Of a stretch of DNA of 64,000 nucleotides, positions 28,380 through 38,287 are shown in pieces. A model generated the notes under the pieces. It saw nothing but the letters and a program-made list of their open reading frames with translations. It was not told the origin of the DNA and did no database searches. The translations under genes and the position numbers were made by a program. The stretch is taken from contig JBJMLN010000038.1 in the NCBI GenBank assembly GCA_045805285.1, positions 13,232-77,231 on the forward strand. The letters run 5' to 3'. The stretch's first letter is position 1; each line of letters begins with the position of its first letter. This DNA is from Actinomycetota bacterium (lineage in GTDB: Bacteria > Actinomycetota > UBA4738 > JBJMLN01).

Positions 28380-29570
28380 ATGAGCAGAGCCGCCACCGTC
28401 GCCGACGACGTCACCGTCGAGGCGCTCACGCGCGACCCATTCCCGATCTACACGGAACTCCGTCGCGCCGCGCCGGTCTGTTACGTCCCCGCCGTGGATC
28501 TCTGGTTCGTCACCCGCTGGGCCGACGTCATCGACGCCGCGGAGAACCGCGAGCATTTCCCGGCGTCGATGCCGGGCTCTCCCCTCGATCGGACGCTCGG
28601 CGGCGCGAACGTCCTCACGGTCGACGGACAGACCCACGCGCACATGCGCGATCCGATGGAGACGACGCTCCGTCCCAAGGCGGTGGAGGAACGCGCGCCG
28701 GAGATCGTCCGACGCGTCGCCGACGAGCTGATCGATGGCTTCGTCGACGAGGGCGAAGCCGCGCTGATGGGAGCGTTCTGCGAGCCGTTCTCCGTCCTCA
28801 CGCTCGCGGAGATGATCGGTCTCCGGGAGCTCGACGCGGCGACGCTCCAGCGATGGTTCCACGAGCTCGCGATGGGGACGTCCAACTACGAGGGTGATCC
28901 CGCCAAGCAAGCGATCGCCGATCGGGTGAGCGTGGAGATCGACGACACGCTCCGGCCGCTGTTCGCCGAGCTCCTCGAACGCCCCGACGGCACGATGGTC
29001 TCCGACATGCTCCACGCCGAGGAGGGAGACCTCGACGAGCGCATGCGCGCCTTCATGCCGAGCCTGAAGCTGGCGTTGATCGGCGGTCTCCAGGAGCCGG
29101 GAGACGGGATGGGCTCCACGGTGGCCGGCCTGCTTCAGAATCCGGACCAGGCCGAGGCGCTGCGCGCCGATCTCGACGGCCTCGTCAAGCGCGCCGTCGA
29201 CGAGGGACTCCGATGGATCTCCCCGATCGGAACGCAGGGACGCGCGAGCGCCGACGGAGCGGCGCTCGGCGGCGTGGAGATCCCCGACGGCGCGAACGTC
29301 GCCTTGATGGTGCAGTCCGCGAACCGCGACGAGGAGGAGTGGGGCTCGGACGCCGACCGCTTCGATCTGTTCCGCGCGCGGCATCCACACGCGGCGTTCG
29401 GGTTCGGTCCGCATTTCTGCGTCGGTCACTACCTCGCGCGGTGGCAGGTCAGGACCGGCATCCGCCGGCTGTTCGAGCGCATCCCGTCGCTCCGACTCGA
29501 CGGCGAGGTGCGCTTCTCCGGATGGGAGTATCGTGGGCCGTCGCAGCTCCCCGTCCGCTGGGACGCGTGA
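28380..29570 (+). CDS. Cytochrome P450
   Basis: Heme-binding loop FGFGPHFCVGHYLAR and EEWGSDADRFDLFR (ExxR/PERF region). GGAG RBS. Confidence 0.85.
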   Translation: MSRAATVADDVTVEALTRDPFPIYTELRRAAPVCYVPAVDLWFVTRWADVIDAAENREHFPASMPGSPLDRTLGGANVLTVDGQTHAHMRDPMETTLRPKAVEERAPEIVRRVADELIDGFVDEGEAALMGAFCEPFSVLTLAEMIGLRELDAATLQRWFHELAMGTSNYEGDPAKQAIADRVSVEIDDTLRPLFAELLERPDGTMVSDMLHAEEGDLDERMRAFMPSLKLALIGGLQEPGDGMGSTVAGLLQNPDQAEALRADLDGLVKRAVDEGLRWISPIGTQGRASADGAALGGVEIPDGANVALMVQSANRDEEEWGSDADRFDLFRARHPHAAFGFGPHFCVGHYLARWQVRTGIRRLFERIPSLRLDGEVRFSGWEYRGPSQLPVRWDA

Positions 29571-29887
29571 TCGACGACCGCTGGCTCGACGTCGGGCCGT
29601 CGGAACCCTCCGAGGACGGCGAGATCTATCGACTTCGGACGGGCGACGCCGATGTCGCTGCCGCCCGAGTGGACGGCGCGTGGCTCGCCTTCGACAACGC
29701 GTGCACGCACCACGGATGTCCGCTCGACGACGGGGTGGTCGACGGCGCGACGATCGAGTGCGAGTGCCACGGCTCCATCTTCGACCTGCGGACCGGCGCC
29801 GTGCTTCGCGGGCCCGCGACCGAGCCGATCCGGCTCCATGCCGCGGAGATCCGCCACGGCCGCGTGTTCGTGGATCCCGACGTCTAG
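29567..29887 (+). CDS. Rieske [2Fe-2S] ferredoxin
   Basis: CTHHGCPL ... CECHGS (CxH...CxxH). GTG start overlaps the P450 stop (GTGA). Confidence 0.75.
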   Translation: MIDDRWLDVGPSEPSEDGEIYRLRTGDADVAAARVDGAWLAFDNACTHHGCPLDDGVVDGATIECECHGSIFDLRTGAVLRGPATEPIRLHAAEIRHGRVFVDPDV

Positions 29888-31125
29888 CTCTGGAACACCG
29901 GGAAGAAGGCGTCGTTCCACGACTTGATGAACTCCGCGCTCTTCCACACGGGGAAATGGTGCGTCAGCGACTCCATCTGCTGCGTCGGGAACACCGTGGG
30001 ACTGTTCGCGACCGCGGGGTCGTTGAGGTCGTTGCGGATGATCTCCTGCGCGGCCGGAACGGGGCAGACGTAGCCGACGTAGTCCTCGATCTCCGCCTGC
30101 GTCTGCGGGTCGAACACCGAGTCCATGTAGGTCATCGCGTCGAGCGGCGCCTGCGCCGTGTACGGGATCAACATGTAGTCGGTCCAGAACATCGCTCCCT
30201 CTTTCGGGATCACGACCTCGAGCGTGTCGTAGTTCTGGTACGTCTTGGCGTAGAAGATGTCGCCCGACCACGCCATGGAGATCCACGTCTCCTCCTGCTT
30301 GAGCGCGCGGATGTAGGAGGAGTCGTAGTAGCTGCGGACGAGCGGACGCTGCTCTTGGAGCTTCGCTGCGGCGCGTTTCCAGTCCGCCTCCGTCGACGTC
30401 GCCGGATCGACCCCGACCGCGAGGAGTCCCTGCGCTCCGAGCTCCGACGCGATGCCCATCATCCCGACCTTGCCCTCGTACTTCGGATCCCACAGGGCCT
30501 CGAGGCTCGTCGGCGGCTCCTTGATGTATTTGGAGTTGTAGCCGATGCACGTGTAGCCCGACTGCCACGCCATCGTGTACTTGTTCTGCGGATCGAACGC
30601 CGGGCTCCGCACCAGCTTGCTGGAGTACTGGTAGTAGTTCTTCATCATGTCCTGGTTCAGCGGGACCGCGTAGCCGAGCTGCACCATCTCCGAGACCGGC
30701 GGGTCGTTGTCGGTGCTCACCACGAGGTCGAAACCCGTGTAGTTGCCCTCCTGGAGGTCGGGGCGGATCTTCGCGAAGAACGCGTTGTTGTCGTTGACGG
30801 CCTCGTGGTAGTCCACCGTGATGCCCGTGTCCTTCTTGAATTCGTCGAGCGACGGATGCGTCCCGTGCGTCGTGTCGATGTAGTACGCCCAGTTCGCGAA
30901 GCTGAACTCGTGCTGGAGCTGCTGCTTTGCCCACCAGTCCGCCGTTCCCAGCCCGGCATTCGGCAGGCGGCCGCTCGTCGTCGCGCCCTGCGTTCCGCAT
31001 GCGGCGAGGACCGACGCCAGCCCGAGCGCGCCGGCGCCGACTCCGGCGTCGTGGAGGAAGCGCCGCCGCGACATCCTCGGCTGCGTGAGACCCCGCACCA
31101 GCGCTGGATCGAGGTCGTCAGTCAT
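29884..31125 (-). CDS. Tat-lipoprotein ABC substrate-binding protein (PotD/PotF polyamine family), orphan
   Basis: GAGGGAGGAGAAGG RBS. MSRRRFLHDAGVGAGALGLASVLAAC Tat signal plus lipobox. PotF-like size and fold pattern. Confidence 0.75.
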   Translation of the reverse strand: MTDDLDPALVRGLTQPRMSRRRFLHDAGVGAGALGLASVLAACGTQGATTSGRLPNAGLGTADWWAKQQLQHEFSFANWAYYIDTTHGTHPSLDEFKKDTGITVDYHEAVNDNNAFFAKIRPDLQEGNYTGFDLVVSTDNDPPVSEMVQLGYAVPLNQDMMKNYYQYSSKLVRSPAFDPQNKYTMAWQSGYTCIGYNSKYIKEPPTSLEALWDPKYEGKVGMMGIASELGAQGLLAVGVDPATSTEADWKRAAAKLQEQRPLVRSYYDSSYIRALKQEETWISMAWSGDIFYAKTYQNYDTLEVVIPKEGAMFWTDYMLIPYTAQAPLDAMTYMDSVFDPQTQAEIEDYVGYVCPVPAAQEIIRNDLNDPAVANSPTVFPTQQMESLTHHFPVWKSAEFIKSWNDAFFPVFQS

Positions 31126-31152
31126 GTCCTTCTCCTCCCTCGGAGCTCTCGC

Positions 31153-32493
31153 TCAGGCATGAATCTCCTTGACGACCGACTCCGTGACCTCGAGCGTCCG
31201 GTCGACGTCCTCGTCGGTGTGCTGGGCGGAGATCGACCATTCCTCGAACCACGCGCTCCCCATCGGGATCACGCCGCGGTTCAGCATGCCGAACCAGTAG
31301 TCGTCCCACTTCGCGATGTCCGAGCGCGCCGCCTCGCGGAAGTTCCGCGGCTGCTCCGTCAGGCCGAGGAAGATGCCGCCGAGCGTCTGCACCTGCACGA
31401 CGTAGGCCGGGATGCCGAGTGACTTGACGATGTCCCGCTGGCCGTCGGCGAGCCTCGTCGCGAGACGCGTCATCTGCTTGTAGGTGTCGTCGGTCATCAC
31501 CTTCGTGAGGCACGCGAGACCCGCGGCCATCCCGAGCGGGTTCGCGTTGTACGTGCCGAAGTGCACCATCGGTCCGAGCGGGCTCACCTGCTCCATCAGG
31601 TCCCGGCGACCGCCGAAGGCGCCGACGGGAACGCCGCCGCCGATCGCCTTCGCGAGCGTCACGAGATCGGCCTTGACGCCCCAGAGCTCCGTCGCTCCGC
31701 CGGGAGCGATACGGCAGCCGACCTTCACCTCGTCGAAGATCAGGACGGCTCCCTTCTCCTTCGTGAGGTCGCGGACGCCCTGTAGGTATCCCGGCTCCGG
31801 AGGGATGACGCCGCCGTTGGTCATTGCGGGCTCCACGATCACGCCGGCGATGTCTCCGTCGAAGCGGTCGAAGGCCGCTCGCATCATGTCGAGGTCGTTG
31901 AACTGCACGACGACGGTGTTTTCCACGCTCGCCGGAAGCAGCCCGGCGGAGTCCGCCGTCGCGTTCGGACGGTCGTCGGGCCCCATCGCGTCGGCCGGTG
32001 CCCCGCCGATGGAGAGCAACAGGTGATCGGTGCCGCCGTGATACTGGCCCTCGATCTTGACGATCTTCTTGCGGCCGGTGGCCGCTCTGGCCAGGCGGAT
32101 GACCGTCTGTGTCGCCTCCACGCCGGATTGGGTGAAGCGGATCATGTCGATCACTCCCTGATAGCGGCGCACGATCTCCTCCGCGAGGTCGGCGGCGAGC
32201 GTCGTCGGAAGGCCGAACAGCGTCCCGTGCTCGGATTGGCGCTTGATCGCCTCCACGATGTGCGGGTTCGCGTGGCCCGCCACCATCGCCGCGTAGCAGA
32301 GGGAGTAGTCGATGTACTCGTTGCCGTCGACGTCCCAGACCTTCGAGCCCTTGGAGTCGCCGATCATCAGCGGATACGGCGGCTTGAACTGGATCGCGCT
32401 CCCGACGCCGCCGGGGATGAGCTTCGCGGCGCGTTCCCATGCGGTGCGGCTTGCCGGTGTCCTGCGCTGGAACTCCTCGACGCCGTACGTCAT
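31153..32493 (-). CDS. Class-III (PLP) aminotransferase
   Basis: DEVKVGCRIAPGG ... TLAKAIGGGVP (Lys region). Glutamate-semialdehyde aminomutase / omega-transaminase-like. Confidence 0.8.
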   Translation of the reverse strand: MTYGVEEFQRRTPASRTAWERAAKLIPGGVGSAIQFKPPYPLMIGDSKGSKVWDVDGNEYIDYSLCYAAMVAGHANPHIVEAIKRQSEHGTLFGLPTTLAADLAEEIVRRYQGVIDMIRFTQSGVEATQTVIRLARAATGRKKIVKIEGQYHGGTDHLLLSIGGAPADAMGPDDRPNATADSAGLLPASVENTVVVQFNDLDMMRAAFDRFDGDIAGVIVEPAMTNGGVIPPEPGYLQGVRDLTKEKGAVLIFDEVKVGCRIAPGGATELWGVKADLVTLAKAIGGGVPVGAFGGRRDLMEQVSPLGPMVHFGTYNANPLGMAAGLACLTKVMTDDTYKQMTRLATRLADGQRDIVKSLGIPAYVVQVQTLGGIFLGLTEQPRNFREAARSDIAKWDDYWFGMLNRGVIPMGSAWFEEWSISAQHTDEDVDRTLEVTESVVKEIHA

Positions 32494-33335
32494 CTCGTTC
32501 CCTCCGTGTCGTAGACCTCGGGCCTTCTGGTTGCGTGCATCTCCTGGAGCTCATCCTGCGCCTTCTCGATCTCGTCCTTCAGTTGGATCCGAACCACGAG
32601 CGTGGCCGTATCGGGCGTCTCCCCCGCGCTCGCTCGCGGCGCCTCGGCGCACGTCTCCCCGAGCGGGGACACGACCTTGCTGCCGCCGAGGAGCGTGAGG
32701 TCGCCGTTCGTCCCACACTGGCCGGTCAGGACCCACCACTGGCCGTTCAGGAGCGCCGTCGCCGGATAGAGCCGGTCCCACCACGCGGAGTCAGCTGCCG
32801 GATAGGCGGCGGGTGAGATCACCAGTCGCGCGCCACGCTTGGCCATGGAACGGCCGACCTCCGGGAAGTCGCCGTCGAAGCAGACGCAGAGACCGACCGT
32901 GCCGAGCTCGTCGGTCTCCACGGTGGTGAGGCGATCGCCCGCGACGAAGCCATTCCGCTCGGCGTCTCCGTAGAGGTGAACCTTGCGATGGGTGCCGACG
33001 AGCTCGCCGTCACGGGAGAACAGGAGCGACGTGTTGAAGACGCGGTCGCCGTCGAGCTCGGGAACGCTCCCTGCCGCGAGCCAGACGCCGAGCTCGCGCG
33101 CCGACTCCGCCAGGAGCTTCGTGCGAGGACCGTCGAACGGCTCGGCCGCCTCGGCGGCATCGCGCGACAGCGTTCGCGTGTCGTACCCCGACGGCCACAG
33201 CTCCGGGAGAGCGATCAGGTCACAGCCGGCCGCCGCAAGCTGCTCGACGAGGCCGATCGCCTGAGCGAGGTTCTTCTCCGGCGCGCCCGGCTCGGAGAGC
33301 CACTGCGCGAGCCCGATCGTCAGCTCCTCACGCAT
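32490..33335 (-). CDS. Carbon-nitrogen hydrolase (nitrilase superfamily amidase)
   Basis: E-K-C triad context: ALPELW (Glu), HRKVHLY (Lys), GLCVCFDGDFPE (Cys). GGAGGAG RBS. ATGA overlap with the aminotransferase. Confidence 0.8.
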   Translation of the reverse strand: MREELTIGLAQWLSEPGAPEKNLAQAIGLVEQLAAAGCDLIALPELWPSGYDTRTLSRDAAEAAEPFDGPRTKLLAESARELGVWLAAGSVPELDGDRVFNTSLLFSRDGELVGTHRKVHLYGDAERNGFVAGDRLTTVETDELGTVGLCVCFDGDFPEVGRSMAKRGARLVISPAAYPAADSAWWDRLYPATALLNGQWWVLTGQCGTNGDLTLLGGSKVVSPLGETCAEAPRASAGETPDTATLVVRIQLKDEIEKAQDELQEMHATRRPEVYDTEGTR

Positions 33336-35673
33336 CCGTGTCTCCTCCGGCGGCTGCGCCAGCTCCGGCGGCGCGCCGGACGCAGTCGAGGACGCGCTCG
33401 GGCGTGACGGGAAGCTGCGTCGGACGCGCCCCGACCGCATCGGCAATCGCGTTGGGGATCGCGCCGATCGGGGGACCCACCGGCGGCTCCCCGATGCCGC
33501 GGGCGCCGAACGGCCCGAGGCCCTCTCCCGACTCGAGCACGACCGTCTCGATGTCGGGAACATCCGACGCCGTCGGGATCAGGTACTGGAAGAAGCCGCC
33601 GGTGAGGTTCACCCCGTCCTGCATCACGACCTCCTCCAGCAGCGCCTGCCCGATGCCCTGCACCGCGCCGCCCGCGATCTGCCCCTCCACGGAGAGCGGG
33701 TTGATCGCGCGCCCGACGTCGTGCGCCGCGACGTAGCGGAGGAGCTTCACCTCGCCGGTGTCGAGGTCGACCTCCACGTCGGCGAGATGGGTGCCGAACG
33801 TGAAGTCGGGAAAGATGCGTGCCCCCTCGAGCTCCTTCGTGACCTCCTTCCCCTTCGGACCGAAGAACGTGCCGAGCGCCTCAATCTCCACGTTCCGGCG
33901 GCGACAGATCTTCAGCGCCTCGGGGATGGGCGTGGAACTCTCCGGTCCGACGATGCCTTCGGGCCTCATCTCGAGCGCCTCGAGCGGTTGCCCGGTCTCC
34001 TCGGCGATCGCGCCGAGGATCTGCCCGCGGAGCATCATCGCGGCCTCATACGTCGCGTTCCCCGACATCAGCAACTGCCGCGTCGCCGTCGTTGTGCCGG
34101 CGATCGGCGTGAGCGCGGAGTCGCCAAAGTGAACGGAAATGCGGTCGATGTCCACGCCGAGGATCTCCGAGGCGATCTGCGCGAGCGAGGAGGCCTGTCC
34201 ACCGCCGATGTCCTGCACGCCGCAACGGACCGAGAGCGAGCCGTCCATCTGGAACCCGATCCATGCCGCCGCGGAGTCATTCAGCCATACGAGGCGTCCG
34301 TACGACTGGAGGTTCGACGCGATCCCGCGACCGACGGCCTTCCGCGGGCCTGAGGGCTCGGGCTTCTCGGCTCCGGCGCGCTCCCTGACCGCGTCGATCG
34401 TCTCCGCGAGGAGGACCTCGGTCTCGATCGTCTGGCCGACGGGGAGGACGTCGCCGCGCTCGAGGGCGTTGCGCTTGCGGATCTCCGCCGGATCCATCCC
34501 GAGCCGCTTCGCGAGCTCGTCGATCTGCGACTCGTATCCGAGCACGACCTGCATGCCGCCGAACCCGCGGAACGCCGACGTCGGAGGGTTGTTCGTGTAC
34601 GCGGTCTTCGCGGCGATCCGCGCGTTGTCGACCCGATACGGCCCGCACGCGTGCACGCTCGAATACAGGAGCACGAGCGCGGAGAGGTACGCATACGCGC
34701 CGGCATCGGAGAGGATCTCCACGTCCTGGGCGAGGATCGTGCCGTCACTCCTCGCCGCGGTGCGGTACCGCATCGTGTTGCGGTGGCGCTTCGCTCGCGC
34801 GAGGAGCGACTCGTTCCGCGTCCACTGCATCCGGACCGGCCGCCGCGTGCGCCACACCGCCAACGCGACGTAGGGCTCGACGGTCATGTCCTCCTTGCCG
34901 CCGAAGCCGCCGCCCACGTACGGCGCCATCACGCGAACCTTCGAGTCGGGAACCCCGAGCATCTTCGCGATGTCGCGGTAGTGCTCCACGACCTGGGTCG
35001 CGACGCGGACGTTCAGGACGCCGTCGTCGTCGAGCCACGCGACACCGGCCTCCGGCTCGAGGTAGGCGTGGTCGACGAACTGCGTCCGGTACTCCCCCTC
35101 GATCACGAGGTCGGCGTTCGCGAAAGCGGTCTCCACGTCTCCGCGGTCGATGCTCCACTCCGCGAGGAGGTTCCCGCCCTCGTGGATCTCCGGGGCGCGG
35201 TCGCGGAGCGCCTCGTCGGGTTCGCTCACGACGGGGAGCGGGTCGTACTCGATCTCCACCGCCTGAACGGCCTCGGCGAGATCGTCTTCGCTCTCGGCGA
35301 TCACGAGCGCGATCGGCTCGCCGTGGAACCGCACGCGCTCGGTCGCGAGGATCTGCATGGTCGCGCGGAGCGGTGAGACGGCGACGGTCTGTCCGGGAAC
35401 GTCGACGCGCACCTCGTTGTTCGGCACGTCCTCACCGAACAACACGGCCACGACGCCGGGGACCTCGCGGGCCCGAGAGCCGTCCCGCCGCGTCAGCCGC
35501 GCGGAGGGAACCTGCGAGCGCACGAGACACGCGTGGAGCATCCCGGTGTAGGAGAGATCCCCGGCGTAGCGCGTCGACCCCGCGATCTTCTCCGCCGCGT
35601 CGTGACGCGCGAGCGGCTTGTTGACGACGCGGAGCTCGTCCGCCTTCGATGTGCGGATCTCGTCGACGCTCAT
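33328..35673 (-). CDS. Molybdopterin-binding large subunit, xanthine dehydrogenase / CO dehydrogenase family (CoxL-like)
   Basis: ~780 aa. GGGFGGK, AVQGIGQALLEEV and other Mo-hydroxylase blocks. Overlaps the upstream small-subunit stop. Confidence 0.8.
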   Translation of the reverse strand: MSVDEIRTSKADELRVVNKPLARHDAAEKIAGSTRYAGDLSYTGMLHACLVRSQVPSARLTRRDGSRAREVPGVVAVLFGEDVPNNEVRVDVPGQTVAVSPLRATMQILATERVRFHGEPIALVIAESEDDLAEAVQAVEIEYDPLPVVSEPDEALRDRAPEIHEGGNLLAEWSIDRGDVETAFANADLVIEGEYRTQFVDHAYLEPEAGVAWLDDDGVLNVRVATQVVEHYRDIAKMLGVPDSKVRVMAPYVGGGFGGKEDMTVEPYVALAVWRTRRPVRMQWTRNESLLARAKRHRNTMRYRTAARSDGTILAQDVEILSDAGAYAYLSALVLLYSSVHACGPYRVDNARIAAKTAYTNNPPTSAFRGFGGMQVVLGYESQIDELAKRLGMDPAEIRKRNALERGDVLPVGQTIETEVLLAETIDAVRERAGAEKPEPSGPRKAVGRGIASNLQSYGRLVWLNDSAAAWIGFQMDGSLSVRCGVQDIGGGQASSLAQIASEILGVDIDRISVHFGDSALTPIAGTTTATRQLLMSGNATYEAAMMLRGQILGAIAEETGQPLEALEMRPEGIVGPESSTPIPEALKICRRRNVEIEALGTFFGPKGKEVTKELEGARIFPDFTFGTHLADVEVDLDTGEVKLLRYVAAHDVGRAINPLSVEGQIAGGAVQGIGQALLEEVVMQDGVNLTGGFFQYLIPTASDVPDIETVVLESGEGLGPFGARGIGEPPVGPPIGAIPNAIADAVGARPTQLPVTPERVLDCVRRAAGAGAAAGGDTDA

Positions 35674-36167
35674 CGGGTCGCCGCGTTCGCTCCGGTCGAC
35701 GCGCATTCCTCGATCGCGTCGACGATGTGCTGATAGCCGGTGCAGCGGCAGAGGTTGCCGTGCAACCCTTCGCGGATCTCCTGCCGCGAGCTTGCGGCGC
35801 CTTCGGCGAGCATCGCGGCCGCGCACATCAGCATCCCCGGCGTGCAGAACCCACACTGGGCGGCGTGATGGCGATGGAACGACTCCTGGAGATCGTTCAG
35901 CGACCCGTCCGGCGCGGTGAGTCCCGCGGCGGTCGTGATCTCCGCGCCGTCGACCTGCGCGGCGAGAACGATGCAGGAGCTCACCGGCTCTCCGTCCACG
36001 AGGACGGTGCACGCGCCGCAGATCCCCTCTCCACACGCGTACTTCGGGTCGAGCGCGTCGGCGTTGTCACGGAGCCAGCGGAGCAGCGTCATGTGCCCGC
36101 CGGCTTCGCGGGTGACGGAGCGGCCGTTCACGCGCAACGTGACGGAGACCGGCGTCGAGAGCGTCAC
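35670..36167 (-). CDS. (2Fe-2S)-binding small subunit (CoxS-like)
   Basis: CGEGICGACTV and CGFCTPGM ... CRCTGY cluster motifs. GTG start with GGGGGAGG RBS. Confidence 0.8.
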   Translation of the reverse strand: MTLSTPVSVTLRVNGRSVTREAGGHMTLLRWLRDNADALDPKYACGEGICGACTVLVDGEPVSSCIVLAAQVDGAEITTAAGLTAPDGSLNDLQESFHRHHAAQCGFCTPGMLMCAAAMLAEGAASSRQEIREGLHGNLCRCTGYQHIVDAIEECASTGANAATR

Positions 36168-37027
36168 GCTGCCTCCCCCGCACGGGCGCACGCATCCTGG
36201 AGCGCGCGGATCGCCAGCACCCGCGAAAGGTGTCTGCGGTGCTCCCCCGTCGCGCTGGTGTCGGTCATCGGGTCGAGGCCGTCGATCTCGGGCACGCGCT
36301 CCGGCACCTCGGCCGCGCGAGCGCCCGTCAGAGAACTCTCCACGCCGCCGAGACGCAACGGCCGCTCGGAGACGCCACCGAGGACGAGGCGTGACTCGAC
36401 GATCTCCCCGCCGGCGAGGCGGACGAGCGCCGCGGCCGCGACGATCGCGAAATCGCCCGGCCTCCTCGAGACTTCGACGAACCCCCAGCCCCAGCCGGGG
36501 CCGAGCTTCGGAACGCGCGCCGCCGTGAGCACCTCGTCCTCCGCGAGCGACGTCGTGAAGTACGTGACGTGGAACTCCTCAACCGGAACGTTCCGCGTCT
36601 CCCGGCCGTTCGTCACCTCGTAGGTCGCGCCGAGCGTCGTCATCGCGAGCGGAAGCTCAGCGGCGGGATCGCTGTGCGCGAGGGAGCCACCGAGCGTTCC
36701 GCGGTTCCGCACGCGGGCGCTCCCGACGTTTCGCGCGGCCGCGGCGAGGAGCGGCTGATGCGCGGCGACCAACGGGTCGCGCTCCAGCTCGCGGTGGCGG
36801 GTCAGCGCGCCGATCCGGAGGTAGCCGTCGTCCTCCGCCACGCCTCGTGACTCCTCGGCGCGGGAGATGTCGACGACCGCGTCGACCTCCACGAGGCCGA
36901 GGTTCATCATCGGCATCAGGCTCTGGCCGCCGGCGATCAGGCGCCCGCCGCCCTCGAGCGCCCGGAGGGCATCCGCGGCCTCCGCCAGCGACGCCGCGCG
37001 CTCGTAGCGGAACGGCTTGACGTACAC
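36164..37027 (-). CDS. FAD-binding medium subunit (CoxM-like)
   Basis: LIAGGQSLMPMMNLGL FAD-binding pattern; 287 aa. Confidence 0.8.
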   Translation of the reverse strand: MYVKPFRYERAASLAEAADALRALEGGGRLIAGGQSLMPMMNLGLVEVDAVVDISRAEESRGVAEDDGYLRIGALTRHRELERDPLVAAHQPLLAAAARNVGSARVRNRGTLGGSLAHSDPAAELPLAMTTLGATYEVTNGRETRNVPVEEFHVTYFTTSLAEDEVLTAARVPKLGPGWGWGFVEVSRRPGDFAIVAAAALVRLAGGEIVESRLVLGGVSERPLRLGGVESSLTGARAAEVPERVPEIDGLDPMTDTSATGEHRRHLSRVLAIRALQDACARAGEAA

Positions 37028-37033
37028 GGGCTG

Positions 37034-38287
37034 TCAGCCGCCGGTCGCGAGCTCGTCGAGCGCGGTACCGATGCCCGCGGCGAGCTCCTTGAGGCCCTGG
37101 GGGTCGAGGATCAGTGGCGGAGAGACGTGGATCGCGCCCGTCGCGAGCGTGCGGGTCATGATCCCGTTGCGGCGACACGCGGGAACGACGCGCGGCAGCA
37201 ACATCGGATCCTCCAGCGCCGAGGGGTCGATCTGCACCGCCGCGAGTACTCCCGTTCCGGCGCGCACCTCACTGACGAGGGCGTGTTCCTCGAGCGGCTT
37301 CAGCGCATCGGCGAGCTCGGCCTCCAGCGCCATCGCGCGCTGCAGGAGCTCCTCTTTTTCGATGATGTCGAGGTTCGCGAGCGCCGCCACCGCGACCGCC
37401 GCGTGGCCCGTGTACGTGTAGCCGTGGCGCCACATCCCGGCGCTCTCGGCCCAGAACGGCTCCCACACACGCGGCGACGCGATCACTGCGCCGAGGGGCA
37501 GGTACCCGGAGGTGATGCCCTTCGCGCAGGTGATCAGGTCAGGCTCGAGGGACCAGCGCTCGCTCGCGAACCACGCTCCCGTGCGGCCGAACCCGGTGAT
37601 GACCTCGTCGGCGACGAACAGCACGCCGGTGTCCCGGCAGATCTGCCGGACCGCTTCGAGGTAGCCGGACGGCGGAGCGAAGACGCCTCCCGCGCCGATC
37701 ACCGGCTCGCAGAAGAACGCCGCCACGCGGTCGGCTCCGAGCTCCTCGATCGTGGAACGCAGCGCCTCCGCGTCGTCCCAGGGAACCTCCGCGATGTCCG
37801 CCAGCAGCTGTCCGTGGCCCTCGAGGTTCGCCGGCAGCCCTGCGAGCGACGTTCCCGCGGTGTGCATGCCGTGATAGGCGCGCTGCCGGCGGATGAGGAC
37901 GGAGCGGTCCGGCTCTCCGGCGAGCGACCAGTACCTCCGCGCCATCTTCGTGGCCGTGTCGATCGAATCGGAGCCGCCGCTCGTGAAGAACACGACGGAG
38001 CCGTCGACCGGTGCGATCGACGCGACACGTTCCGCGAGCGCCCGCGCGGGCGGGTTCGTCAGGTCCTGGAACGTGGAGTACGACTCGAGCTCGCGCATCT
38101 GCGCGGCGACGGCGTCTGCGATCTCCGGGCGGCCGTGGCCGATGTTGCAGTACCAGAGCGACGCGGTGGCATCGAGGTACCTGCGGCCCTCGGAATCCCA
38201 GATGTAGTAGCCCTCACCGCGGACGATCTCCACCTCCGCTTCGGAGACCGCCGCCATGTCGGCGAAGGGGTGCCAGAACCTCGTCAC
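37034..38287 (-). CDS. Second class-III aminotransferase
   Basis: FVADEVITGFGRTG ... TCAKGITSGYLPLG (Lys). GTG start overlaps the amidohydrolase stop. Confidence 0.8.
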   Translation of the reverse strand: MTRFWHPFADMAAVSEAEVEIVRGEGYYIWDSEGRRYLDATASLWYCNIGHGRPEIADAVAAQMRELESYSTFQDLTNPPARALAERVASIAPVDGSVVFFTSGGSDSIDTATKMARRYWSLAGEPDRSVLIRRQRAYHGMHTAGTSLAGLPANLEGHGQLLADIAEVPWDDAEALRSTIEELGADRVAAFFCEPVIGAGGVFAPPSGYLEAVRQICRDTGVLFVADEVITGFGRTGAWFASERWSLEPDLITCAKGITSGYLPLGAVIASPRVWEPFWAESAGMWRHGYTYTGHAAVAVAALANLDIIEKEELLQRAMALEAELADALKPLEEHALVSEVRAGTGVLAAVQIDPSALEDPMLLPRVVPACRRNGIMTRTLATGAIHVSPPLILDPQGLKELAAGIGTALDELATGG

